A stretch of DNA of 64,000 nt, taken from positions 2,633-66,632 of the forward strand of contig CAYTKR010000010.1 of the NCBI GenBank assembly GCA_964438295.1, read 5' to 3'. The stretch's first letter is position 1; every line of letters begins with the position of its first letter. This DNA comes from an uncultured Anaerolineales bacterium. GTDB lineage: Bacteria > Chloroflexota > Anaerolineae > Anaerolineales > UBA11858. Shown here piece after piece: positions 19,289 to 28,972 of the stretch. The notes under the pieces are model-generated. The model was not told the origin of the DNA and made no database searches. It saw only the letters and a program-made list of their open reading frames with translations. The translations under genes were made by a program, and so were the position numbers.

Positions 19289-20677
19289 TCACACTAACCT
19301 GAAGCGTTCAGGTTCAAGGTGTTTGGAGACCATCTCCTTAGCAATAATGTTGTGACGCTGTATGTGCGCAGCCAGATCTAACGTCTGGAAATATCCATCC
19401 TGTATGATCACTTGGCCATTGATCACTGAGAGATCTACATGGTCGATGGAGCAGAGTAGAAGTGCCCCGAGGGGGTCATGCACTGCGCCGCCAGCTAGGC
19501 TGAGTTTATCCAGCTTTACACCGATGAAGTCCGCGGCTTTGTTTAGCGCTAACTGGCCGACATCATCCCGCCCCAGAACCGAGGCGCTCCCCAAGGTGGC
19601 CAGTTCTAGACCTTCTTGTACACTGAGTGCCCCTGCTCCCAGGTCAACCCGCTGCAGCAACATCGCCAGGCGTGCCTCGTTGATCATATGGCAAGAATCA
19701 TTGCTAGCCGAGCCGTCTACGCCCACCCCGACCTTGACGCCGGCATCCAGCATGTCTCGTACCCGGGCAATCCCTGAACCCAGACGCATATTCGATGAAG
19801 GGCAGTGCGCTACACCAGTGCCCGTTTCTGCCAGCATCTTGATCTCGTTGTCGTCTAAGAAGATAGCATGCGCCCACCACACGTCTGGGCCAACCCAACC
19901 GAGTTGTTCCATATACGCGGCAGGGCGCGCTCCGAATTCGCGTTCGCAGAAGGTCTCTTCATCACGCGTTTCGGCAACATGGGTGTGTAACATCACCTTC
20001 TTATAAGATCGGGCTAGTTCAGCAGCCTTGCGCATCAGATCACCTGTCACCGAGAAGGGGCTGCAGGGAGCCAGAGCGACGCGCACCATCGAAAAAGGTT
20101 CTGGGTCGTGGTAAGCCTCGATGACACGCTGGCAGTCTGCCAGAATCTCATCTTCTTCTTGAACCACGTGGTCTGGCGGCAAGCCCCCTTTGCTGCGCCC
20201 AAGGGACATAGAGCCACGCGTAACGTGGAAGCGCATGCCCACATCCCGCGCCGCCTGCACCTGTGCATCGGCAGTGACATCGTTAGGGTACAGATATAGG
20301 TGATCACTGCTGGTAGTGCAGCCTGAGAGGATCATCTCAGCCATAGCCGTCTGCGTGCTGATATAGACAGCATCTTGGGTCATCTCACCCCAAATCGGGT
20401 ACAGCCGCACCAGCCAGTCGAATAACTCCTCGTCTTGAGAACCTGGCACCGCCCTCGTCAGGGTCTGGTAAAAGTGGTGGTGGGTGTTGATCAGACCTGG
20501 CAGGATCACCATCCCGGCAGCATCGATTATCGTATCTGCCTCAGAGGGCAGTTCAGCTGATGGACCAATCTGCTCAATGACATTATCACGCACAAAAATA
20601 CTCCCATTTTGGATGCGGGGTCGCTCACAATCCATGGTGATAATCTGATCAGCATTACTAACAAGCATGGTGCTCAT
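19289..20677 (-). CDS. amidohydrolase (TRZ/ATZ, guanine/8-oxoguanine deaminase-like)
   Basis: PGLINTHHHFYQT metal-binding motif and HVAE, HC, DGS motifs. The ATG at 20677 is preceded by GGAAGGAG. The upstream ORF extension is implausible. Confidence 0.8.
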   Translation of the reverse strand: MSTMLVSNADQIITMDCERPRIQNGSIFVRDNVIEQIGPSAELPSEADTIIDAAGMVILPGLINTHHHFYQTLTRAVPGSQDEELFDWLVRLYPIWGEMTQDAVYISTQTAMAEMILSGCTTSSDHLYLYPNDVTADAQVQAARDVGMRFHVTRGSMSLGRSKGGLPPDHVVQEEDEILADCQRVIEAYHDPEPFSMVRVALAPCSPFSVTGDLMRKAAELARSYKKVMLHTHVAETRDEETFCEREFGARPAAYMEQLGWVGPDVWWAHAIFLDDNEIKMLAETGTGVAHCPSSNMRLGSGIARVRDMLDAGVKVGVGVDGSASNDSCHMINEARLAMLLQRVDLGAGALSVQEGLELATLGSASVLGRDDVGQLALNKAADFIGVKLDKLSLAGGAVHDPLGALLLCSIDHVDLSVINGQVIIQDGYFQTLDLAAHIQRHNIIAKEMVSKHLEPERFRLV

Positions 20678-20859
20678 AGTTGTAACTCCTTCCGAGAGTT
20701 CTCTTCTTCTGTAGGTATTTATTCCTTGTCCTGTGTGGAGATTACCAAGGATTATTGGTGAAGAAAATAATATCGCTAAAATCCACCATCGTTTTTTACC
20801 TCGGATGCCACGGTATTCGCTTTGGAGAAAGGTTAAGGTTTTCAATTGCTTTAAAAAAT

Positions 20860-21479
20860 TCAAGGAGCATGATCGTCAGTAACGTCTCTATGAAATAAGT
20901 AGATTGGAAACGTGGTCTTGAGTGTGTCACAAGAATAATCTCGATCCATAGTACAACGAAGAACGCGAACCTTTTGCTTGTGGAATACATCGAGAATAGT
21001 CCCAACATCAACATCAAGAGAAGTTGTAATTTCAAGCACTCTATAAGAGTGTCTTTTTAGCACTCTCTCAACATGAGCAATAGTAGCAATGCAATCATTG
21101 CAAGCATACTGATGAACAAAGCGCCCATATAACAACCTACACCTGTAGTCATACCTATGGCAGCAGCAACCCACAGACATGCGGCTGTGGTAAGTCCACG
21201 AACTGAGACTCTCTCTTTAACGATTGCACCTGCGCCTTAGAAGCCAATTCCAGTGACGATCTGAGTTGCGATCCGACCAGGATCTCCCGAATAATCGCCA
21301 TTTATTCTTGCTAAATATGGTGACAGCATCATGAAAACCGCCGCACCAAGGCTAACAAGTATATGTGTACGAAATCTAGCTGCTCTCCCGTGAATTTCTC
21401 GTTCGAGCCCCAGAACACCACTTAGTAATGCGACGACACACAGTTGGGTTATGTAATCTATGGAGAACACAGCAGTCAT
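20860..21479 (-). pseudogene. MgtC/SapB-family gene disrupted by an in-frame TAA and a frameshift
   Basis: The N-terminal 80 aa end ...QIVTGIGF-TAA. The same frame continues GAGAIVKERVSVRGLTTAACLWVAAAIGM, the conserved MgtC core, so the stop sits where Leu of GIGFLGAG is expected. The C-terminal domain (VLEITTSLDVDVGTILDVF) is in another frame (ORF 20860-21180). Confidence 0.7.
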
Positions 21480-21549
21480 ATACAGTATGCTCCTTTTCCT
21501 GATGTTAATTCTTCTTCTAACCTATTCCGGATCTTCTCCATCTCTTCAA

Positions 21550-24465
21550 TTAAGGAATTTCGCGCAGATTATCCATTACGCGTTCTGGATACAACGGCAA
21601 CTCGCGCATCCAAACTCCCGTCGCATTATGAACCGCACTCACAATTGCTGGAGCAACACCGTCAATTGAAATCTCTGCCACCGATTTCGCTCCATACGGG
21701 CCACTCGGTTCTTCAGTTTGCACAAAGATCACGTCCATGACCGGCATCTCGTTAGCCGTGAATATGTGGTAGGAGCCAAAATTATCGTTGACCAGTTTTC
21801 CGCTTTCATCGAAAACCATATCTTCACACAATGCAAAACCCAGGCCTTGCGCCATACCACCCTCGACCTGCCCAGTGGCGGTAAGAGGGTTGATTACCCG
21901 CCCACAGTCGACTAACATTAGCAAGCGTTCTACATCTATTTCTCCGGTTTGTGTGTCTACTATGATCTCTGCAAACTGAGCTGCAGTGGGGGGCGGGCTT
22001 TGGTAGCTCATATGGGAGGCGGTTGCCATGATTTGGTGTTGATCCTGCTGATGCAGGGAATTCAAGGCCACCTGCTCGAGGCTTACCGAGCGACCATCGG
22101 GTGCGATGACTTTATGATCCGCTAACGTCAGGCAAGTCGGATCGTCGATCTCCAGCATCAGGGCGGCGTGATCTTGAATCTGTTCTCGGATCTCCATGGC
22201 AGCTTTTCGTACTGCCCCACCACTGATGTAGGTTGTGCTGCTGGCGTAGGCACCCTTATCAAAGGGGGTGAAGTCGGTATCAGAAGAATAGACGATCAAA
22301 TCACTTATCTGGATACCCAACACCTCAGCGGCCATCTGTGCCAAAATAGTATCCGATCCTGTTCCCAGGTCCGTGGCACCAAGTAGCAGGTTGAACGAAC
22401 CATCATCGTTCATCTTCAGGGTCGCTGCGGCCATATCCAGCCCCGCGATTCCGCTACCGTGCATCACCCCAGCCATACCAATACCCTTACGAAAACGCCC
22501 ACTTTGATTTTTGTATTCGTTCCGCTTGGCATGAAAATCAGTCGCCTCTAAACCAATCGCGACACATTGTTCCAGCGCACCACTCTCTAATCTCTGTTCG
22601 AATCCTTCTCTGCCCTCTCCTAATACTTTTGCCAGGTGCATCACTTCACCGATTTTTAGCCAGTTTTTCACTTTGAAATCTACGACATCTAATCCAAGTT
22701 TCTCAGCAATCTCTTCCATTAACACTTCAATACCAAATTGGCATTGCATAGCACCATAGCCTCGATAGGCACCGGTGGGCGGCTTATTGGTATAAACTAC
22801 ATCACATGTAAAGCGTGCGTTGGGAGCGTTATAAAGTGTCAAGCCCTTGAAACCACCAACCATCTGTACTGTCAGGCCATGAGCACCATAAGCGCCTGTA
22901 TCGCCGATCAGGTATAGGTCAGCAGCAATGACTTTCTCATCCTTCACACCGATCTTATAGCGGATGATATTGGGATGCCGACTACGGGTACTGGTAAATT
23001 CCTGGGTGCGGGTGAATTCCATACGCACAGGATGTCCGGTCTTCAGGGTCAGGTGAGCGCACAGATCTTCTAAGATCATCTCCTGTTTGTTGCCAAAGCC
23101 CCCTCCAATGCGAGGTTTGATCACTCTGATACGTTTCACGGGTAGCCCAATCAAGGGAGCTACCATGCGTCGAATATGAAACGGCACCTGGGTGCTAGTG
23201 CGGATCACCAAGCGGGCATCCTCGTCCCAATAAGTGATACAAACATGCGGCTCCAGGTGAGCGTGCTGTTGTTTAGGGGTTTTATATTCCCCATCAAAGA
23301 TGGAATCGGCTTCAGAAAAAGCAATTTCCACATCGCCTACTTCAGCTTCAATGTGGTGAACGATGTTGCGCTGGGGGTCGTGAATCCCTTCAGTATCCAC
23401 CTCATCGTGAATGATAGGTGCACCATCTTGCATTGCATCTTCGGGGTCGAGAACAACTGGGAGCAACTCGTAGTCGACGTCAATCAGCCTAAGGGCTTCT
23501 TCTGCCAACTCAGGCGTCTCGGCGGCTACCACAGCAACGCGGTCGCCCACATAGCGGACTTTATCATCCAGACAAACCTGGTCATACGGCAATGGCTGGG
23601 GATAGCTCTGCCCGCCTGAAGCATGCTTGATGCGAGGCAGATCTTGATGGGTCAGGACGGCACGAACCCCCGTCATAGCCCGCGCACGGCTGACGTCTAT
23701 GTTTTTAATACGGGCATGAGCGTGGGGGCAGGTTAGCAGAGCACCATGGAGCATGCCATCCAACCTAAAGTCATCAGTGAAAACTGGACGGCCACTGACT
23801 AGCTTCTCTGCATCCACTTTCACCTGGGGTTTCCCTACAACCTGAGTTTGCTCCATCTGAGATGGGGTGAAAACTAGGGGAGGAAGGGGATTGCGATTGC
23901 CATCACGTCGGTAATACGCTTTGGGCAAACGTAACTCACCCAAATCTCCGGAGTGCGTGATCTCTGGGATAGTGACTTCTTCAACAGGATCACCGCGCAA
24001 ATAAGCCGCGGCGCGTAATACAGCATCCACAGTTCTGACATAGCCTGTGCAACGACACAGCACCTTGCTCATAGCCTGCCGAATTTCAGCCTCTGAAGGG
24101 GTGGGATTTTTATCTAATAGCGCTTTTGCAGCTAACACTTGGGATGGGGAACAGAATCCGCACTGGATGGCTCCAGTTTCTACAAAGGCACATTGGATGG
24201 GGTGTATTTCCCCGTTATCGCTCAATCCTTCTACCGTGGTGATAGCGCGTCCGTCCATTGATGCAGCCTTGACTTTGCAGCTCAGGATAGGCTTGTCTTC
24301 TAACAGAACCAGACATACACCGCAATGGCCGGTATCGCAACCACGCTTGACGCTAAAATAGGAAGCGTTGCGCAGGGCGTCGAGCAAACTCTCTTCTTTG
24401 CCGACAGTCAGGTTTCGTTCAACATTGTTAATTGTGAGAGTGATTTCTAAAAACTGTTCGTTCAT
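21550..24465 (-). CDS. molybdopterin-dependent oxidoreductase with fused N-terminal [2Fe-2S] domains (Mop-type aldehyde oxidoreductase / xanthine dehydrogenase family)
   Basis: N-terminus has C..GHCGVC..C and FCSPS...CRCTGY 2Fe-2S motifs, followed by an approximately 800-aa MoCo-binding region (GGGFG, GQVEGG). No FAD domain. Confidence 0.85.
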   Translation of the reverse strand: MNEQFLEITLTINNVERNLTVGKEESLLDALRNASYFSVKRGCDTGHCGVCLVLLEDKPILSCKVKAASMDGRAITTVEGLSDNGEIHPIQCAFVETGAIQCGFCSPSQVLAAKALLDKNPTPSEAEIRQAMSKVLCRCTGYVRTVDAVLRAAAYLRGDPVEEVTIPEITHSGDLGELRLPKAYYRRDGNRNPLPPLVFTPSQMEQTQVVGKPQVKVDAEKLVSGRPVFTDDFRLDGMLHGALLTCPHAHARIKNIDVSRARAMTGVRAVLTHQDLPRIKHASGGQSYPQPLPYDQVCLDDKVRYVGDRVAVVAAETPELAEEALRLIDVDYELLPVVLDPEDAMQDGAPIIHDEVDTEGIHDPQRNIVHHIEAEVGDVEIAFSEADSIFDGEYKTPKQQHAHLEPHVCITYWDEDARLVIRTSTQVPFHIRRMVAPLIGLPVKRIRVIKPRIGGGFGNKQEMILEDLCAHLTLKTGHPVRMEFTRTQEFTSTRSRHPNIIRYKIGVKDEKVIAADLYLIGDTGAYGAHGLTVQMVGGFKGLTLYNAPNARFTCDVVYTNKPPTGAYRGYGAMQCQFGIEVLMEEIAEKLGLDVVDFKVKNWLKIGEVMHLAKVLGEGREGFEQRLESGALEQCVAIGLEATDFHAKRNEYKNQSGRFRKGIGMAGVMHGSGIAGLDMAAATLKMNDDGSFNLLLGATDLGTGSDTILAQMAAEVLGIQISDLIVYSSDTDFTPFDKGAYASSTTYISGGAVRKAAMEIREQIQDHAALMLEIDDPTCLTLADHKVIAPDGRSVSLEQVALNSLHQQDQHQIMATASHMSYQSPPPTAAQFAEIIVDTQTGEIDVERLLMLVDCGRVINPLTATGQVEGGMAQGLGFALCEDMVFDESGKLVNDNFGSYHIFTANEMPVMDVIFVQTEEPSGPYGAKSVAEISIDGVAPAIVSAVHNATGVWMRELPLYPERVMDNLREIP

Positions 24466-25507
24466 AGTCCTTTGGTGACCTCCATATGCCAGCTACGGGT
24501 GTGGCACAATTAGGACAACAGCCCTTCTCGATATCATTTCCATCAACCCAATATTTCTTTCGCCGGATCAATATTTGTCCGCAGTGGTGGCATATCGTAT
24601 CTGACATACCAGCCACGTTATCCAAATAAACATAATGCAATCCTTCGTCCAGCCCAATCTGCTTAGCTTTGTTCAGAATTGTTATCGATGTTGGTAGCAG
24701 GTGTGACATCATGTAATTTGGGAAAAAACGACTGATATGCCAGGGGGTATCAGCACCTAATTCTTGAGCGATAAATTGAGCGATATCTCGAAATTCAACA
24801 GCATCATCAGTGATGCCAGGGATTACAAGTGTAGTAACTTCCAGCCAAATTCCATACTCTTTCATCAATTTCAGATTATCGAGCACCGGTTGGAGTTTAC
24901 CGCCAATATAACGGTGATAGGTTTTTTCTCGAAAAGATTTCAGGTCCACGTTGGCCGCGTCCAGGTAAGGGCTGATATGCGCTAACACTTCTTGAGTCAT
25001 ATAGCCATTGGTGATATATATGTTAGCAATTCCAACTTCGTAAGCTAACCTGGCAATGTCGTATGAATATTCAAAGAATACGGTTGGTTCTGTATATGTA
25101 TAAGCTATGCTGTGACTACCAGAGGCTTGAGCATACGAAATAATCCGTTCAGGCGTAGCATCATGGCCGTAATCCTGTCCATCTCCGCCAGACATTTGGG
25201 CAATATCCCAGTTCTGACACCATTGACAGTGAAAATTGCATCCTGGGGTTGAAATCGAATAAGCAGTCGATCCAGGATAAAAATGATAAAGAGGTTTCTT
25301 CTCAATTGGATCAATATGCTGACTGATCGTATGGTTGTAAACTAAGGTATATAGCGTGCCCATAATATTTTTTCGAGCCTTGCAAATCCCCGACTGCCCA
25401 TCCGCGATCAGGCAGTGGTGGGCACATAGATTACAGCGCACACGATCATGTGAGAGTCTTTCGTAGAGTGACGCCTCTTTAAGGTGAATATCCTTTGCTG
25501 GGATCAA
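24428..25507 (-). CDS. AmmeMemoRadiSam-system-type radical SAM enzyme
   Basis: N-terminus EASLYERLSHDRVRCNLCAHHCLIADGQSGICKARKN, CX3CX2C motif CNFHCQWC, C-terminal CHHCG...CPNC. TTG start after GGAAGGA. Confidence 0.75.
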   Translation of the reverse strand: MIPAKDIHLKEASLYERLSHDRVRCNLCAHHCLIADGQSGICKARKNIMGTLYTLVYNHTISQHIDPIEKKPLYHFYPGSTAYSISTPGCNFHCQWCQNWDIAQMSGGDGQDYGHDATPERIISYAQASGSHSIAYTYTEPTVFFEYSYDIARLAYEVGIANIYITNGYMTQEVLAHISPYLDAANVDLKSFREKTYHRYIGGKLQPVLDNLKLMKEYGIWLEVTTLVIPGITDDAVEFRDIAQFIAQELGADTPWHISRFFPNYMMSHLLPTSITILNKAKQIGLDEGLHYVYLDNVAGMSDTICHHCGQILIRRKKYWVDGNDIEKGCCPNCATPVAGIWRSPKDYERTVFRNHSHN

Positions 25508-25771
25508 GTAATCCTTCCTAGACTTGTTCCATGCTATGTATCAAAAAGCAACTGATAACAACCAGGAAATTATAAAAACCTATTTAGGTAATTTAATCTA
25601 AATGGTGTAATTATTCACTGATTGTCAATCGGTACAGTCAGTATTAGCATAACTGCAGGACAATTTATCGTCATCAGTTCTATGTTGATATTTCTCATAA
25701 ACAGATGTTGAGCTTTCATCAATGCTGATTAGCTCCACCATACCAGATTTGAATTGTGCTATTTCCTTTTG

Positions 25772-26194
25772 TCATACTAGGATCGTTTCCGCATTTGTGT
25801 CGCGTTCGATCTCCTTCGCAAAATCTTTCAGGCTTGACATATGAAAGGCACTTAATTGGCCAGTAGGTCGACCTAATACAACTAAAGTAGCACCTTCTTC
25901 ACGGATCGTTGTCTTGATTTCATCCCGAATAATCCCTTTTCGTATTATGGTATTGGTGGCAATGCCTTGCTCGGTAGCTCTTTCTTTGGCCATCAATAAG
26001 AAAAACCGACCCATCTGCTCTAGTTCATTTTCAATATTCACAACAATCGGGGACGCAGTTTTATTGAGAAAACTGATATCAAGAATATACAGGAAGACAA
26101 TTTCATCACCACGCTCCAATGCGAGGTTAATTGCTGCTTGCTGTGTGCGATAACTTGCCTCACCCCCTCGGGTGGCACAAAGAATTAAACCCAT
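25772..26194 (-). CDS. universal stress protein (UspA family)
   Basis: 140 aa with USP-like alpha/beta pattern (LVVLGRPTG). Downstream of the permease gene. Confidence 0.65.
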   Translation of the reverse strand: MGLILCATRGGEASYRTQQAAINLALERGDEIVFLYILDISFLNKTASPIVVNIENELEQMGRFFLLMAKERATEQGIATNTIIRKGIIRDEIKTTIREEGATLVVLGRPTGQLSAFHMSSLKDFAKEIERDTNAETILV

Positions 26195-26243
26195 GAAAAC
26201 TCCTCCAGTTTACTTGGTTTGGCAGGGGGATTTACCTACATCA

Positions 26244-27623
26244 TTAAAACCTTAGAATCAACCAAAACGTGGCAATTATCAATGTTATTATTGTCACTGG
26301 AACGCCATCACGAAGGAAACGAGTGAAAGACAACCGGATACCGGCTTGGGCAAGCAGACCCAATGCAACAATGTTGGGGGCCGATCCCAGGTAGGTTGCA
26401 TTGCCTCCAAAATCTGCTCCAAGGATTAATGCCCAATAGATGATCAGATTATCAGAACCACTGCTAACGTTGGCAGTCAGGTAATCTGCGATGGGAAGTG
26501 CAGCCACGGTGAAGGGAATATTTGCCACAATTCCAGATGCAAAACCTGCTACCCAGGTAGTTATCACAGCTGCTTGATCCAGGCTATCGCCGGCAAATAA
26601 GATGATGCGAGATGCTAACCATTCAATCGCGCCAGAAGCCTCCATCCCACCGACCACAATAAACAGACCAATGAAAAAGAGTAACGTTGTCCAATCTACC
26701 TCCCTCAACATGCGGTGCATATCGGGACGAACCCAAACAATCAAGAGTACAGCACCACTGAGAGCCACAACTCCTGGTGGCATGTTGTTAAGTTTGTCTG
26801 CAATAAAGAAACCGATAAAAGTGAAGATGGCGATAATTATGGCTTTACGAAGGGTTGTATGATCAGTGATGTGTGATTCAGAAGCCATTTGTTCAGCCAG
26901 GGCGTTAGAAACCTTTTTTCTTGCTTCTTGATAACTCTTATGGTATTGGATTCCGTTAACAACCAAGAGTGCAAGCATACAAATCCCTGCAACAGGGGCC
27001 ATATTGACAAAGTAGTATCCAAAACTGATCCCGATATGCGAACCAACAATGGTGCTAGGCGGATCTCCTATTAGCGTGGCTGCTCCTCCAATATTGGATG
27101 CCAACACTTCAGCAATCACGATAGCCAAAGGATTCAACCCGATAGCAGCGGCCATCTGAATAGATAAGGGCGTTAGAAGAAGAATAGCAGTAACATCGTT
27201 TAAAAACGCAGATGTAACCCCGGTTAATGTAATCAGTGCAACTGCAATAACCCAGGCGTTTCCCTGGGCTGCTTGATACAATCGAAATGCTAGCCACCTA
27301 AAGGCATTTGTTTCTGACAGAATGGCCATTAAAATCATCATCCCCATTATCAGAAAGATAACATTCCAATCCACGACTAACATGGCGCCTTCGAAGTCAA
27401 GTAGTCTCAAACCTGGATAAAAATATCCCCCAATATATGTGACTAATAAAACCGCTACAGCCCCTAATAATGCTGCTGCAGTTTCATGGAGTAGATGTAA
27501 AGAAATAGTTAAAAATACTAGAAAAAAAATGGCGGCTGAAATGATAATTGCTAATTCACCAACAGGTTCCGATATTGTGTCTGAATGCAGCAATGAAAAA
27601 AATAGTGTTAGCGTATCATTCAT
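26244..27623 (-). CDS. ArsB/NhaD-superfamily (citrate-transporter-like) permease
   Basis: 459 aa and highly hydrophobic, with two-fold repeat architecture and IGGAATLIGDPP / GGNATYLGSAPN motifs. Confidence 0.75.
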   Translation of the reverse strand: MNDTLTLFFSLLHSDTISEPVGELAIIISAAIFFLVFLTISLHLLHETAAALLGAVAVLLVTYIGGYFYPGLRLLDFEGAMLVVDWNVIFLIMGMMILMAILSETNAFRWLAFRLYQAAQGNAWVIAVALITLTGVTSAFLNDVTAILLLTPLSIQMAAAIGLNPLAIVIAEVLASNIGGAATLIGDPPSTIVGSHIGISFGYYFVNMAPVAGICMLALLVVNGIQYHKSYQEARKKVSNALAEQMASESHITDHTTLRKAIIIAIFTFIGFFIADKLNNMPPGVVALSGAVLLIVWVRPDMHRMLREVDWTTLLFFIGLFIVVGGMEASGAIEWLASRIILFAGDSLDQAAVITTWVAGFASGIVANIPFTVAALPIADYLTANVSSGSDNLIIYWALILGADFGGNATYLGSAPNIVALGLLAQAGIRLSFTRFLRDGVPVTIITLIIATFWLILRF

Positions 27624-27881
27624 TATTCAATAATCCCATCCTAAATTTTTTGGTAGAACATTAAGTTCCGGGAACGAAGATTATGCCTTGATGATTTTAT
27701 TTGTTACGCTACCAAAGCATCACCGGAACACATTGGTTTCACCTCATGGGCAGATTACAATCAAGTCACATACTGCTTTGTGATGAGTATCAAACGAACA
27801 TTGTCAGCATCTATTTCGTAGCGAGCCATTCGTTTGCCAATACCTATTGCAGAATAAGAGATGCGCATGGATCATCATTGC

Positions 27882-27936
27882 AGACCACCGTTGTTGGTTT
27901 GAAAATGCTAAGCCAACAACGGTGGTCTTTTTATTT
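27882..27936. terminator. 16-bp perfect stem-loop after the ferredoxin gene
   Basis: AGACCACCGTTGTTGG (27882-27897) pairs with CCAACAACGGTGGTCT (27913-27928) around a 15-nt loop. The T-run TTTTTATTT is on the plus-strand side only. The hairpin begins 17 nt beyond the stop of minus-strand gene 27946-28344. Confidence 0.6.
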
Positions 27937-27945
27937 ACACCTGAA

Positions 27946-28344
27946 CTAATCTACAGCATCATAACCTGGGCCCGATTCGAAGAAATCATAATTGGCCTTT
28001 ATATCATCAGTCAGATCGACGACTTCGCCAGCTTCTAATTCCCGCACCGTGTCGAGAATTACGGGGTCGTCAAAGTGGTTTGTAGCTTCGTAGTGGCCTG
28101 ATAATCCAACTTTGTTGAGATATTCTTCACCTGAAGCTTCATAGGCCTCAGGAACCTCATCTTCTGGGAAGATGGCATCGAAGGGGCATTCCGGAACGCA
28201 AGCCCCGCAGTCGATGCAGGCATCAGGATCGATATAGATCAACGGCCAATCTGATTCTGGCTTCCCGGGAACCATGCACTCAACCGGGCAAATATCAATA
28301 CATCCAAGATCTCGCAGACAAAGACTAGTAACAATATAAGTCAT
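27946..28344 (-). CDS. ferredoxin (one CX2CX2CX3CP cluster motif plus a CX5CX3CP motif) with acidic C-terminal extension
   Basis: MTYIVTSLCLRDLGCIDICPVEC ... CIDCGACVPECP. 132 aa. Confidence 0.85.
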   Translation of the reverse strand: MTYIVTSLCLRDLGCIDICPVECMVPGKPESDWPLIYIDPDACIDCGACVPECPFDAIFPEDEVPEAYEASGEEYLNKVGLSGHYEATNHFDDPVILDTVRELEAGEVVDLTDDIKANYDFFESGPGYDAVD

Positions 28345-28432
28345 ATCTATTCCTCCATTGATATTTTAGTTTGTTGCGCGAAACGCAATGGCTAGCTGCG
28401 TTCGCTTGATAAGCCATTGATGCCTTATCAAC

Positions 28433-28882
28433 CTATCCTAGTTTCACCTTGATACGCTTGGCTTTCTCTCCTTCCACAATTGGCAAAGAAAGCTTGAGTA
28501 CGCCATTATCAAATTCGGCTTCAGCTTTGTCAGCATCGACCTGCTCTGGTAATCGCACATTGCGTTGCCAGACCCCATAGCTGCGTTCTCGATAATGGTA
28601 CTTGTTCTTTTCACCTTCTTCTTCCTGCTTGGTATCCGCCTTGATGGAAAGAATGTTGTCCGAAACAGAGATATCTACATCCTCTGGCTTTACGCCCGGC
28701 AGCGAAGCCTCCACCATCAAATTGCCATCTTTTTCGGAGATGTCCACGGCTAGCGGCTGGATTTTATCCCCTGTCAAAGGCCACGTTTCAAAGGGGCGCA
28801 AAAAGCTCTCATCAAAGAAACGCTTCATTAACTCACTCATCGGTGCTGAATAAAAGGGATCAATCTTGATTAAATTGGACAT
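28433..28882 (-). CDS. Hsp20/alpha-crystallin small heat-shock protein
   Basis: Alpha-crystallin domain ending AEFDNGVLKLSLP. The ATG at 28882 follows GGAGG. The longer ORF starts with TTG. Confidence 0.9.
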   Translation of the reverse strand: MSNLIKIDPFYSAPMSELMKRFFDESFLRPFETWPLTGDKIQPLAVDISEKDGNLMVEASLPGVKPEDVDISVSDNILSIKADTKQEEEGEKNKYHYRERSYGVWQRNVRLPEQVDADKAEAEFDNGVLKLSLPIVEGEKAKRIKVKLG

Positions 28883-28972
28883 TTTGTATCTACCTCCAGA
28901 TATTGACAACTAAAACACTAACCTCAAATAATTATTTTCCTACATTTGTCGCGAACAGCTTATTTTTATATG

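Noticed and set aside
19362-20006. 214-aa plus-strand ORF antisense to the amidohydrolase gene
   Set aside because: It lies entirely inside a well-supported minus-strand gene in a GC-rich stretch. The product is Ser/Pro/Arg/Ala-rich low-complexity sequence typical of antisense frames.
20678-21180. N-terminal extension of the amidohydrolase ORF (to 20863) and ORFs 20796-21035 and 20860-21180 as independent genes
   Set aside because: A strong RBS plus ATG at 20677 gives a normal amidohydrolase N-terminus. ORF 20860-21180 is better explained as the out-of-frame C-terminal part of the decayed MgtC gene.
25508-25771. 34-aa minus-strand ORF (MKAQHLFMRNINIELMTINCPAVMLILTVPIDNQ) in the USP / radical-SAM intergenic region
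   Set aside because: There is no convincing RBS (GGTGGAG lies 13 nt away), no recognisable family, and the region is AT-rich and likely a promoter.
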